The notes: generated by a model from the letters alone, not told the origin. Shown: positions 25,961-39,070, counted from the first letter of the stretch. The stretch is DNA of 64,000 bases from Macrostomum lignano (GCA_002269645.1 NIVC01001441.1:171213-235212), one strand, 5' to 3'. Program-made: numbers and translations.

Positions 25961-27545
25961 TTGCTTCTACACGCCCGAAAAGGACAGCTAAAAGTACGCC
26001 TTGCGCAGACTAGGACTCGAATCCGATTCGGAAGACGCATCATCAATCTACCAGAGAATGCAGACGATGGTATGACAAACTTTTTATTAATATTCCTGAC
26101 TGAAGAGTTTCTCACCAGTCTTGTCACATGGATCAATGAGCGAATGTGGTTGGCAGTCAGGGAGTTCCAGCAGGAGAGAGCAGAAACTGGCGAGGAAGAG
26201 TTGCCTGCTGGAGTGTCTGCTCTTAAACCATGCTGTGTGGCCGAGATGAAAAAGTTTCTGGGCATGGTGCTCTTCATGGGCATCAACAGCAAGCCGACCA
26301 TACGCCACTACTGGTCCACAGACGTCATGTATCGGATCGGAATCCATACTTTCGCAAGCCGAGAGCCTTCCCCGTTGGCGATTTCTTCAACTACTGGCCC
26401 ACTTCCGGTGCTACGACTGCCGAGAGTTCAATATCAACGACCCACTGTGTACGAGCGTAAAGGCCTTTTCTGGATTTGATTAGCCGAATTTGTCGCGAAA
26501 CCTACCGACCAGAGCAGGATGTCGCCATCGACGAGACGTTGATTCTGTACAAGGGGAGACTTCTGCTGAAGCAATATATTCCAAACAAGAAGGCAAAGTA
26601 CGGCATCAAACTGTATTGTCTGAATGAGTCCACGACGGGATACCTGTGAAATTTCCTGCTGCGTTCCGTTGAGGCCGAGCACGCAACCTTCGCTGCCGGT
26701 CTCCAATGCGATGCGCTCTCCTTGAGCGAACGAGTCGTTGTTGGGCTTAGCCGCGAACTGCTGTGTGAAGGATATCACAAATTCACGGACAGTTGGTTTA
26801 CGTCACACAGATTGGCCATCTAATTGTTCAACAAAAAGACTGCTCACCGGAACTGTTCGAAAGGATCGTGGAATCCCGAGAGAATCGCAAGAAAAATTTC
26901 TGATTACTCTGTCAGGGTTTCTTCAAAAGGTGCAATCAGACACTCGCTTATCAAGCTAGCAGACAGAAAGGCCTCAGGAACAAAAGTCGTCTACCTTCTG
27001 GACACAAACATGCCTGCCGCTTGCACCTGATGTTCGCAGAGTTCGTCGCGGTGGTCAAGTTGAACAAATTCCGAAGCCAACAGCTGTCGTGCAGTACAAT
27101 CGCAACATGGGCGGTGTTGATCGACTTGATGCATCTTGATGTACCATCCAAATCGTAAGTCCTACAAATGGTTCCAGAAAGTCGCGTTTCACCTGATTCT
27201 CACGCTTGGACGAAACTCTTGGACGCTGAACAAGAAATTTGGTGGGACAGCCAATTTTTTAACTTTCCTAGAGAATAGCATCAAGACGCTGATCCGCGAC
27301 TCAGGACAGGGACGCACTCGATCACCGACTCAGGTTCCAGCCCCGATGCAGGCCAACCATCCAATTCATTCGCCAATTGAGTCTCCCAGTAACGGAAGCC
27401 CAGGCCCAAGCAAACGATGCCGAATGTGCTCTTTGAAACCCTGACGTTTCAGCTAAGAAGACAGTATTTTGCTGCAGTCAATGTCCCGGGAAATCCTGGT
27501 CTCTGTCCAGATGCATGCTTCAGGATCTGGCACGGAACACATTGA
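25961..27545 (+). pseudogene. Decayed piggyBac (PGBD4-like) transposase
   Basis: Fragments across frames: EMKKFLGMVLFMGI..KP.IRHYWST; AIDET..YKGR..KQYIPNK..KYGIK; FTDSWFTS; GTVRKDRGIP; YNRNMGGVD; RKSYKWFQKVAFHL; C-terminal CRMC...C...LC..ACFRIWH. All three catalytic Asp motifs are visible, but in-frame stops and frameshifts are present. A candidate right end ...AATGG|TTAA lies at 28642; no left TIR found. Confidence 0.9.
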
Positions 27546-27766
27546 AGTCCCACTTGCAGTCCTGTATTGGCGTCTCCCAACTTGAAACCTGCTACACTTT
27601 TCTTTTCGTATCCTTGTTTTGTTTGGAACCGGTTACATTTTTAGTTGTTTTATTAGTGATAAAAGTAAGCTATACATTCAATACGACCATGCATTTGTGC
27701 ATCACCACGTATTTTCACTACGCATGCTAATTTACTTTTAACATTGGAGTCAAAACATACTGGAAC

Positions 27767-28463
27767 CAAGGACGACTTAAGTAGAAGGACGGGAAAACTC
27801 GTTTCTTAGAAAAGTTTTGAAGGCACTTTCTCCCGAAAAAATACACTACGGAGATAGGAAGTTTTCATTTTTTCAGCACAAAAATTGTTATTGCGTTTGA
27901 TAGGAGGCAGATCCAGTGTTCATCTTTTGATACGTTGTGCCTTTTTTATTGCTCTATCGATATTTATAAAGCTTTTCGTTCAGAAAATTATGGTTCTATG
28001 TTAATTTTTTATTCTACGTATATTTCCTGTATCTAAAAATCACAAAAATGCATGACACAGCTCCAATATTTGGTTTTATGAACCTATTTTATCATCTCTG
28101 TTACAAATATTTGCTACACAGTCGGGTAAGAATGATAAAATAGACTCATGAAGCTAAAGGGCCGAGCCGTGGCATTCTAATGTATTTCCAGCACAAGACA
28201 CGCGAAAATATACGTAGAACAAAAAATTAACATAGAATCATAATTTTCTGAACGAAAAGCTTTATAAATATCGATAGAGCAATAAAAAAGGCACAACATA
28301 TCAAAAGACGAACACAGGATCTGCCTCCTATCAAACGCAATAACCATTTTTGTGCTGAAAAAATGAAAACTTCCTATCTCCGTAGTGTATTTTTTCGGGA
28401 AAAATTGCCTTCAAAAATTTCTAAGAAACGAGGTTTCCCGTCCTTCTACTTAAGTCGTCCTTG
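27767..28463. mobile_element. 697-bp MITE with about 260-bp terminal inverted repeats and 8-bp TSD (hAT- or P-like)
   Basis: Starts CAAGGACGACTTAAGTAGAAGG and ends CCTTCTACTTAAGTCGTCCTTG. Arms about 27767-28026 and 28204-28463 are highly similar reverse complements. Direct repeat ACTGGAAC at 27759-27766 and 28464-28471. Confidence 0.9.
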
Positions 28464-30768
28464 ACTGGAACAACATGATGGACTTTTTTAAATCAGTAAA
28501 TCTTAAATGCACAGCAGGCCATACTGGGCATTTCTTTAGTGATTGGGGAGATGCTTTTTGATGCCATAGACATTTTTTAGTCTGAGGGCTTTTGCGGCCG
28601 TTTTGATAATTGCCGCGGTGCCGGCCTTTGGCTTCCTAATGGTTAAACGAAAACCACTTGCTATAGACGTCTAAATTGAAATCGGCATATGTCGATATAC
28701 ATGTAGGAGGAGTACATGTATATGTAAATGTTGTCCGTAAATTAGTCATGAGTACATGTGTAAATATTAGACATAATCATGCATTTCTTATGCGCAAATA
28801 GCTGCATAATTTGTACTTGATTTAACCCTTGCATAATTACAGGTGTTGTTGTTTCTTTCATATCGTTTGCTTACGCCGGTAATCAAAACAGAATTTCCCA
28901 GGTGTTTACATGCGCATATGTGTCTTCGGTACCGATGTGAGCTACTCGTATTTTTCTTTCATGCAACGGGCTCGTGTTTCTGAGTCATATTTTTGTCCCA
29001 GAATCTGGCCTTGTTTCTTGTTTACAATTTGATTTGTTTAGCCGGCTTGCCCGGCTCGAATGCCGGCATAAAAACGCACGTTGATAACATCTGAAGCTCG
29101 AAGATCTATTTTTATACATTTCAAATCGTCGTATTCCTTGCTTTTGTGTTCATCTTTACCTCTATTTTTCGCTGCATCAACTGCAGTAAATTTCCTGCTC
29201 CATCAACCTAGTGTATGTTTTGCTCACACAATTGCTCAAAACGAACCCTAAACTGAGCTAGAGAAGCCAGTCTGAATCTGTATTTATATCACTATATTGC
29301 GATAAATGAATTTACCAGATAAAATCAATTAATTAGTTCAATCTTATATCTAAAGCTGAGTGGACCGATCGATCGACCGGCGGGCGGGCGGGGTTTAACG
29401 CGTGTCTTTCTCATAAAATGAATGCGTATTGATTGTAGAAAATAGATAGCTTACGAATATTCAGACAAGTTTAAATAAGCACAAACATTGCGAACCTTGC
29501 AGCGCAGCAGGCGTAAGCCACTGCAGCTAGCAGTTAAGTTTTATATTCAATTGGTTGCTGTATAGTCACCACCCAACTCGAACTGCTGTAACCATGGTGA
29601 TGAAGAATGCATAGCTTGACTTACTGGATCATTGACTCAAAACTCGTTTTTGCAAGTGCTCAGAGCGAGATGCGATCGGTTTTCGTTTGGGGAAAATTGA
29701 CGAGACAATTGACGAGTGAAGGCAGTGAATGTCGCAAGGAGTTTTGCTACACAATGAGAATATTTTAATACGGCGAAGCAGTTTAGTTAGGCAATTTCTG
29801 AGGCGGATAAAATCAACAGCAGTCTGCGGGGCGCGCTGGTCCCAAGTCGGTCAGAGAGCGAGTGTTTATCACTGTTCTGCGGCCTGAGCAGGATCCGATA
29901 AAAAAAAATCGACATCAATTTTTCGAGCAAAAAATCAATTTTTAGCTGCATGTGTGCAGATATGCTACTGAGATGTGAGTAGCTTACAGGAAAACTATCG
30001 GTTTTGTGGAGGTAATAAAATACAGTTGAATCCTATAAAGGAAGCGGAGGAAAATATAAAACAGAGTTTCTTGCAGCCGGCCGAAGGAGCCAGCCAAATC
30101 TGGGTGATGCTCACCTGAAGAGATCAGAGACTGCAATTACCTATACCTGACAATCTCTCTATGTTAAATAATGGAAAAAGCTAAGGCTGAACAACAAGCA
30201 GGAAATTTACAATTTGGATTTACAGACTGTGCTACTAGCAGTAGTAGTAGTGGAAACCACAATGAGTCTAGTTTCACTATGTGAATCCCGATGTTTCACT
30301 ATTGTTTACATCCGAATTTTGCTCTCTGAGAAAACAGTTGTAACTCACCTGAGTCAGCCCTGACCCTCTGCCGCGGGGGTCTCGAAAGCAAGCAAAGACT
30401 GAGCTGTGCTCTTGTTTTCTTTCTTCTACCCCAAGACAAGCACTGCCAGCCCTTCCTCTGAGCACGTTTTCACCCGAGCTATGGGCCGAAGCGAACAACA
30501 CATCTTCAGGGTCTTTACCAACTGCGCCCCCTCCCTCCCAGATTACTATTCAACCGCGTCTGTAGCAGAAAAAACAGCAGAAATGCAAAACTACGGAGAT
30601 AAAATTCGATGCTAATGGAGCGCATAGAAGAAACGATTGGAGGCGGAAATCACTGATTGAGACGATTCAGTGGAAAAATCGTGATAGTTGTGTAGAAATG
30701 ATTAGCACAATGCCAGTCAGACCAGACAGAAGACTATCAGTTGGGGGCACAGGTGGGCCATTAGTTGG

Positions 30769-32010
30769 TTACTGAGGAAATTTGTCGTAGTGAAATCTGT
30801 AGGTGTGCTGCCGGCCCGTCACCTTGGTGATGAGCTGCTTCTCGTAGTAGTACCTGAGCGTGCGGGACATCTTCTCGTAGGTCATGCTGCTGCGGCAGCG
30901 GTGCCGGCCCCACGCCTCGGCCAGGGCGGCCGGGCGCTCGATGCGGAACACACCGTCCGCCCGGCTCTCCCAGACCAGAGCCGGACTGTCCGAGGCCTCG
31001 TGGAGCAGCTGGTAGAGAAACTCCCACAGCTGCAACTGCCGGCTCTTGGGCTCTGCGTGGGCAGAAGAAGGCGGAGGACTTGATCGTGGAGCTTGCGACT
31101 TAATAAGAACTGTACTATAACGCTTCATCAATGTGTTTTCAAGCACAAGCAGTGTCGCCCTCTTTCCATCCGTGTGCAGTGAATGTAAGCCTTTAGTTCA
31201 CTGGATATGATTATGGATAGAAGGTGGGGGATCAGCCCGTGCATTCCTGCACAGCTGTGTGCGGACTTTACAGACAGCGGGGATTTGCAGCATTATTTAT
31301 GGATTTCCCTACGCTGCAGATTTGCGCTTACTTCGAATTTTTCCAATTCGAAACTTCGATTGAAAGCCGGCACGGCAGCGCCCTCTGGCGGTGTCGCTGA
31401 AGCCCTCATCGAGACCGCCGGCTGTCGGAGGCTTCTCGTCGCTTTGCCACAGCGATAGAGGAGGAGGCGGCGGCGGCGGTTGCGGCAGCGGCAGCGGCAC
31501 CTGCTGAGGCGAATTCGACTCGCAGTAGCTGCTGCCTTCGCTGCATGGACTCCGGGTTGATGCTGAGTAGCCGGAGTCTGAGCGCCGGCGCATTGCCAGC
31601 AGAGCGGCTTCGGAGCAGGCGGCGAACTGCGACTTCTGCAGCTGCTGCGGCCGTAGCTGCTCCAGTGCCTGGTCATCGTCGAGGTCAACGGAAAGCAACT
31701 CGGGGAACTGCCGTGTCTGCGGCAGAGGCAGCGGCTGCTGCTGCGGTGGCTGCGGCGCCAGCTGGTACATCCCGATCAAGGTTGCGCTGTCGTACGTCAG
31801 CAGATCGTCAAAGGCGTGTCGCATGGCGTCAAAGTGGCTGCTGTCCAGCTCGGCGAGGTCGTCAGCCCGCCAGCCAGGCTGCGGTTCCGCTGGCTCGCTC
31901 AGCAGCTCCATGATGAACCGCTCGGCTTCGTCAGCTGCTGTCATTTTAAACAAATCTTCTCCGAAGACACCGTTGAGCGAAGGCGCTAGCGAGCCTCTGT
32001 AGGCATCCAA
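30769..32010 (-). CDS. ETS-domain transcription factor (divergent, ELF/ESE-like), 2 coding exons
   Basis: Exon 32010-31332 (acidic/Pro/Gln-rich, donor A|GTAAG) joins in phase 1 to an exon starting at 31091 or 31109 and ending at 30769. That exon encodes LWEFLYQLL...LVWESRADGVFRI...WG...MTYEKMSRTLRYYY...KVTGRQHTYRF. Further upstream exons are possible. Confidence 0.85.
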
Positions 32011-33378
32011 AGTGAGCAGCTTTGACGCTTGTCAACTCTAAGCTGTTTTCTTCTTTAAAAAACGACTGCCAGAGTCTGTCTTTTGGCGGGTGAGCTTTTA
32101 TGCTTGGCGTAAGGGACGCCCCCTCCAGCTGCGAGGGTGGCCCCAAAAGCCGCCCAGCCAATGAGAGGCGAGGCTAGACAGGCGCTTGCCGAGTGAGCAG
32201 CGCGGCACATGCAGGTAGGTTTCAAACTGCCGGGACCCCCGGGTGTTTAATGTGCCGGCTGAGGGGAAACTGCAGCAGTTAGATAACAAGACAAGCAGCA
32301 GGTATTGCGCTTTGAAAAAGTCGAAGAGATTGAGGCGCGGATTTTAGACAGGACCGCCCCCCCCCGGGAGGCCCGCAGTTTGACACGGTGGGGCGGCGGG
32401 AGCCACAGGTGGATGGGTGGGCAGGTTGTATTTTCTGTTAGCCGGAAAATTGCCGACAAAGCATCGGGGCCAGCGGCGGCAACAAGTGCAAGGCTCTCCA
32501 TAACCCCCATTGGGCGGGGAGCGAACCCACTCGCATCCCCGGCAGCAGTGAAGAAGCTGCAGGATGCGAGTGGGGCGGGCGAACCTCAAAGGAATTGGAA
32601 GCGGGCCGGACAAAGGGGCGACGCCGACAGAGTTGGGCTGCGAGAGGGAGGGAGATTTGCAGGGAGGGGAGGGAGGAAATTGAAAGAAAAATTCGGGGGT
32701 CCCCTGTTCCCAGACTGACCTTTAGTGGTCAGAGGTAGCATGCAGGTTCACCTGGCCAGACTGTTGTTGCTGTGGCACCGGCGGCTCCGCAAACTCAAAG
32801 AAGGATTAATACCACCCAGGCTGCCTTTGCCGACTGTTTTGCTGAAAAATTTTCAAAACCGGTGCTGGCTTTATCTCAGTGCAAGGCTTGCTTGACCGCA
32901 ATGGATCCGGGAGGCTCAGACGCTGTTGAAGGATAAATCAGTTGGAGCCTCAGAGGCGGTGAAGGAAGGCGGTGGCCGCTTGGGTACAATGCGAGGTTGA
33001 GTCCTTAATCCAGGGCGGCTGGTATGGCGTGAGCAGCGGTGTATGCGGCAGCAAGCAGGCAGCGGAAAGCCGTCAAGCTAAGGGCCATCTGCCCCCCCCT
33101 CTAGTTTCTGTCACCTTCAGAGCAGACCCAGCTCTGAGACAGCGGCAGCATCCTGCATGGGGCTGCCCAGTTGAAGAGAGGGCAGCGGGGGTTCGGAAGG
33201 AAGGTCATAAATGCTGGATGTCCGCTTCTCTCTCTCCGAGGCCCACCCGAAGCAACTTCCTTCCCATTTCCCAAAATTCAGCACTTCTTTCCTGTTTAAG
33301 CTACTATAGAAAAAAACACGGATGGGAAGGCAGTTTGGGGCAGTTTGATCACTTTGCCTTACTTTGGTGTTTGTTCTA

Positions 33379-34090
33379 TAGAGTTTAAAAAGAAGTTAGA
33401 AAAGCTGCTCCGTAAAGACTTAAACACTCAAATCCGTGTTGTTTCGCACCGAAAAGATTGCTAAGTTTGTCTGCAAGTTGAAATCCAGTGTTCCACGTCC
33501 TCTCGCGGCTGGTGTCGTGTATAAATTTGTTTGCTCTGAGGACCAGAGCATCTCCTACATAGGAAAAACTAAACGACACTTATACACGAGGGTCAGAGAG
33601 CACTGGCTAAAAAACTCTGCTATTAACGAACACCTGCTAACCTGCAATTCTTGTTGTGAGGCTGAACCACACGAAATGATAAAGGCTATTGATTTTTGTA
33701 ATAGAGATCACATGCTCTGCCTATTAGAAGCCCTGTACATTAAGACCAAACAGCCCACGTTAAATAACCAACTTGCGATGGGTGGGGCTAGCCGTCAACT
33801 CAGAATTTTTTAGCTGATTTGTCAATGACCGGACTGGCTTGAAACTGATATGCACTTTACCCAACCAATACTGTATCAAAAATTGATTACTATGTACAAG
33901 TTTTAAACCATCAATTCAACTTCAATTCAACCATCAATTCAACATCAATAAACTCAATTCAACTACTCTTGTTACTCTCAACTATCTATATATACTGAAT
34001 ATTCGTTCAAATTGTTTCTCAATAAAAAGACCCTGACAATGTCCTAATGCAAATGGACGAAATGCATCGGCAACTCAAATAATACTTCAT
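33379..34090 (+). mobile_element. 5'-truncated Penelope-like retroelement (GIY-YIG endonuclease end plus 3' tail)
   Basis: ORF 33436-33813 encodes VVYKFVC...SYIGKTKRHLYTRVREH...SAINEH...LEALYIK..QPTLN, the characteristic PLE C-terminal GIY-YIG domain. A frameshift lies just upstream (about 33440). A hammerhead-like motif follows downstream. Confidence 0.88.
34031..34070 (+). ncRNA. Minimal type-I hammerhead ribozyme-like motif (core variant) in the Penelope tail
   Basis: CC-CTGACAAT-GTCC-taatgcaaat-GGAC-GAAA-TGCA-TC-GG: CUGA core, 4-bp stem II, GAAA, palindromic stem III (ATGCAT), UC cleavage triplet and short stem I. G8 is replaced by A. Confidence 0.6.
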
Positions 34091-34524
34091 GTTGATATTT
34101 ACCTTTATTTATCTACTGCAGTTTGGGAAATTCTTATAGCTTTTTGACGGGAATCAAACCCGATTCACAGGTTGGTGGTACGCTATAAATTGACTTGCAG
34201 AAATAAAAATTCTGATGCTCTGATAAGGAAGAGAAGAATGACATCTATTAGAAGTACACTGTGCTGCAGAAAATGGCGATTTGCTTATCAACCGATCGGC
34301 GGTCTTACAAAAGTTTCAATTAAAACAAATCCTCGTCAACATTTAAAAGAACGAAGTATTGCACAGCACGTGAATCTTAATATAGCTGTGGCCTTCCGAT
34401 CTACTCTATGCGTGGAGCTCTGGCCAGGATCGAGCCCCCCCCCCCCCAGCCGGCCTTGGCCTGGCTTCTGGCCACCCGCCTCCGGAGCCTTGCCATTTTA
34501 CGGGACAAGCGGTGGTGGATAGAA

Positions 34525-34700
34525 TAGAGAAGAGGAGAGGTTGATAGAGAGAGGGAGAAAAGAGGGGGGAGGGAGAGGGATAGAGGGAGAGGGAGATGGA
34601 GAGAGAAAGGGAAGACAGAGAAGGAGAGCTGAGGAGAGGGAGAGGAAGAGGGAGAGGGAGGGAGAGAGGGAGGGAGAGAGGGAGAGGGAAAGATGGGAAG
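34525..34700. repeat. GA-rich low-complexity tract
   Basis: Direct inspection. Confidence 0.9.
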
Positions 34701-35659
34701 ATACAAGTGCAAGGAAGTTGAAAGAAAAAATAATATAATTAAAGAGCCGTAGGAGAACCAAGTGGAGTACAGAAGAGAATTCCTAAACCAGGACCCATAG
34801 ATAAAGTATACTTTATCTATGCCAGGACCCATTCCTTAGAGCGAGCAGGCTGGCCCAATGCCCTGCCCATGTATACCGCTGTCCAAATCTGGTGACTTGG
34901 ATACAGTGGAAGAAGAAAAGAAAGAGATGGTAGAGACCCAGTTACAGACCAAATAAGTACTTATTTTTGAAAACTAGAAACACAAATTGACCTTGCCGCG
35001 ATAGCGAACAGTTTTGGTCACGTGGAACCAATTGAGTGTGTGCTTTCTGTGCCAAGTATTCAACTGCGTATTTGTTATCACTGCTCCAATGGTACAATTC
35101 AAGCGGCACCAGAACTGCGCATCTGAGAAATAGCAGGCGGATTCGGCTGCAAAGCTGCACAGATCGCGTGACATCGTGTACTTTATTTGAAATTCTCCAG
35201 CAGAGTAAGCTTTTACTGCACATACGCGCTGCTGCATTGCGCGACACCTTCGAGATAACGGCTAATTGAATTGTTGCGCTAAATTTCAACTCTCCCCTTC
35301 GTTCACTGTAGGCACGCACCCTGTGATATCAACATGCGACAGATAACGATTTTTATTAACCCCAGCCCTCTAAGGTAAGGAGGGCCCACCTTCCCTTTCC
35401 GAGTGAATTCCCTCGCCAGATAATTCCGGTCTGAGAATTGGGCTTATCTATTTTACATAAATTTAATGATGCGCTAATATGGCAGTTGGGTAGCAGTCTG
35501 CAGCGGCTGCCCACAAGCTCTGTTGTAGCACCAGTGAGCTCACTGATACTCGCTGACTGACTGCTGCTTGCTGCAGTTCAAAATGTTCTGCGCGGCATGT
35601 AGTGAAAAAAACTGTGATGCTTGGGGACAGGTGAAGGCCGTTGTCACGGGGCGGGTGGG

Positions 35660-36370
35660 GAAGTGAGGGGCGGATGGGATGAACGAGGGGCGGATGGGGA
35701 AGTGAGGGGCGGATGGGATGAACGAGGGGCGGATGGGATGAACGAGGGGAGGATGGGATGAACGAGGGGCGGATGGGATGAACGAAGGGTAAATGGGATG
35801 AACCAGGGGCGGATGGGATGAACTAGGGCGGTTGGGGCGGATGGGATGAACCAGGGGCGGATGGGATGAACGAGGGGTATATGGAAATTAACAAGGGGCG
35901 GATGGGATGAACCAGGGGCGGATGGGATGAACCAGGGGCGGATGGGATGAACGAGGGGTAGATGGGATGAACGAGGGGAGGATGGGATGAACGAGGGGCG
36001 AATGGGATTAACGAGGGGAGGATGGGATGAACGAGGGGCGAATGGGATGAACGAAGGGTAAATGGGATGAACCAGGGGCGGATGGGATGAACTAGGGCGA
36101 TTGGGGCGGATGAGATGAACCAGGAGCGGATGGGATAAACGAGGGGTAGATGGAGATTAACAAGGGGCGGATGGGATGAACTAGGGGCGGATGGGATGAA
36201 CGAGGGGTAGATGGAGACTAACAAGGGGCGGATGGGATGAACGAGGGGCGGATGGGATGAACGAAGTGTGGATGGGATGAACGAGGGGCGGATGGGATGA
36301 ACAAGGGGCGGATGGGATGAACGAGGGGCGGATGGGATGAGCGAGGGCGGATGGGATGAACGAGGGGCGG
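35660..36370. repeat. 20-bp minisatellite
   Basis: Unit GGATGGGATGAACGAGGGGC. Confidence 0.95.
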
Positions 36371-37724
36371 AGGGTAAACAAAGGAGCGGTGATGAGCCAG
36401 GCTATCAGGGGGCGGTTGATGAGTAGCGAGAGTTTGCTTCAATTCCTGATCAAGGAGCGAGTTTTGAGCATACGAGCTATCAGATCAGGCGGCACTCCAG
36501 ACCTGTCATGTCATGACAGAGCCTGTGGCCTGCGGGCGAGAGAAGCACAGAGAGCCAGATAGAGGGCAGCCGATAAAGGCTCCTAACAGACAGTCCGCTC
36601 TCATGCAGAGGCGATGCTCGAATGTGGCAGCGGGCCGCACTGCCCATCTATAGCAGTGTGCACTGCAGGCGTGGCGTCCGGCCACTTTTGCTCAATTTTC
36701 GCAGTTGTCTTCTGATTGGCAGGTCACTGATTTCCCGCATGGTTTTAGCATTTAGTACTCAAAGGTTTTCACATATAGCCTGACCCGACACTGAACTACC
36801 GTACTCTTTTCACCTGGAAATTAAGAGCGCCGTTTCGAACTTCCAGATAAGTACCAGGTAGATAAACGCCTACACTCTGGGGGAAAGTGCACAGGCATGT
36901 TTTCGCCTTTTTGCAGTCTTAAATGGGACACAAGATAAGCATTTGCAGTGGAAAAAATAAAAGGAAGTTTCAAAAACGCAGAAAAAATATAACAGTCGAC
37001 TGAATAATAAAATAATAAAAAACTGATGAAGAATTGACTGAATGCCGAAAGTTCAAAAGCAGTTAGCGAGTGTTTGAGGTCATGACGATTGTCATGTAAA
37101 ATGTGTTTCATAAGCTTGAATTGCAAGGATGAGTCATTCAGGTGCAGGTTGCCTTCTGCCTTGCTACTCGCGGGTGCGACCCCCCGCGGAGTCACTTAAT
37201 GAAGCTTTTGAGTCGGAACTCCGTGTTTTTTGACAGGTGAAAAGGAGATGCAGAATTAATATAAGCTTTTTGGGTGGCCGCCCGGTCGCTCAATAGATTG
37301 AAATGAGCAGCGACTTCTTGCTGGCGGGCAAGTCAGAGAACTATAGAAGTATATAATAGACACAATAATGGATTGTAACCTGCAGCAAATACATGCGTTT
37401 TTTGGCCTCAACACCATGTAATTGGTTACTCTGCGTGTGGTCTGAGGACCCCAAGACCTCCGAGCTCTGTCCCAGTCAGTTTGCCGGGTGCCTCCACGTG
37501 CTGCCCTCAGCCAGGGGGCCGCCACTGCACTTGAGAGGTTTACTCAGTACCGACTGTTTCTCTTCATTTCACTGTCTGCTCTGCTCTACAAGTGGAGTTG
37601 CCTGCTTGCTTCCAGTGCTTTCTTATTTGGCTCAGACAGACTGAGAGCTTTCCAGATTTTTCTCAGCTATAATTATTTTAACAGATGAAAAACTTTGTCC
37701 TCTTGTCAAGGCGTACAATGAGAT

Positions 37725-39070
37725 CTACAGGCTAATGAGATCTGTGAGATCTATAGGCTAATGAGATATGTGAGATCTACAGGCTAATGAGATCTGTGAG
37801 ATCTATAGGCTAATGAGATATGTGAGATCTACAGGCTAATGAGATATGTGAGATCTACAGGCTAATGAGATCTGTGAGATCTACAGGCTAATGAGATCTG
37901 TGAGATCTATAGGCTAATGAGATCTACAGGCTAATGAGATCTGTGAGATCTATAGGCTAATGAGATATGTGAGATCTACAGGCTAATGAGATCTGTGAGA
38001 TCTATAGGCTAATGAGATATGTGAGATCTACAGGCTAATGAGATATGTGAGATCTACAGGCTAATGAGATCTGTGAGATCTACAGGCTAATGAGATCTGT
38101 GAGATCTACAGGCTAATGAGATCTACAGGCTAATGAGATCTGTGAGATATACAGGCTAATGAGATCTGTGAGATCTACAGGCTAATGAGATATGTGAGGT
38201 CTACAGGCTAATGAGATCTACAGGCTAATGAGATCTGTGAGATCTACAGGCTAATGAGATCTGTGAGATCTACAGGCTAATGAGATATGTGAGGTCTACA
38301 GGCTAATGAGATCTACAGGCTAATGAGATCTACAGGCTAATGAGATCTACAGGCTAATGAGATCTACAGGCTAATGAGATCTACAGGCTAATGAGATCTA
38401 CAGGCTAATGAGATCTACAGGCTAATGAGATCTACAGGCTAATGAGATCTACAGGCTAATGAGATCTACAGGCTAATGAGATCTACAGGCTAATGAGACC
38501 TACAGGCTAATGAGATCTACAGGCTAATGAGATCTACAGGCTAATGAGATCTACAGGCTAATGAGATCTACAGGCTAATGAGATCTACAGGCTAATGAGA
38601 TCTACAGGCTAATGAGATCTACAGGCTAATGAGATCTACAGGCTAATGAGATCTACAGGCTAATGAGACCTACAGGCTAATGAGATCTACAGGCTAATGA
38701 GATCTACAGGCTAATGAGATCTACAGGCTAATGAGATCTACAGGCTAATGAGATCTACAGGCTAATGAGATCTACAGGCTAATGAGATCTGTGAGATCTA
38801 CTGGGTAATGAGATCTGTGAGATCTACAGGGTAATGAGATCTGTGAGATCTGCATGTATGAGATGTATGAGATCTGCATGTATGAGATCTATGAGATCTG
38901 CATGTATGAGATCTATGAGATCTGCATGTATGAGATCTATGAGATCTGCATGTATGAGATCTATGAGATCTGCATGTATGAGATCTATGAGATCTGCATG
39001 TATGAGATCTGTGAGATCTGCATGTATGAGATCTATGAGATCTGCATGCATGAGATCTGTGAGATCTATG
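37725..39070. repeat. Compound 17/26/24-bp minisatellite
   Basis: CTACAGGCTAATGAGAT(+CTGTGAGAT) grading into GAGATCTGCATGTATGAGATCTAT at about 38850. Confidence 0.95.

Noticed and set aside
28822-28835. TTAACCCTTGC as a piggyBac left terminus
   Set aside because: It lies downstream of the transposase in the wrong orientation to pair with it, and no matching right TIR was found.
30040-30501. Donor-like CAG|GTGAG sites on the minus strand downstream of the ETS stop
   Set aside because: No recognisable protein or consistent exon chain; they could be UTR or chance matches.
34140-34190. tRNA B-box-like GGGTTTGATTCCCG on the minus strand
   Set aside because: No cloverleaf or convincing A box; at most a decayed SINE head.
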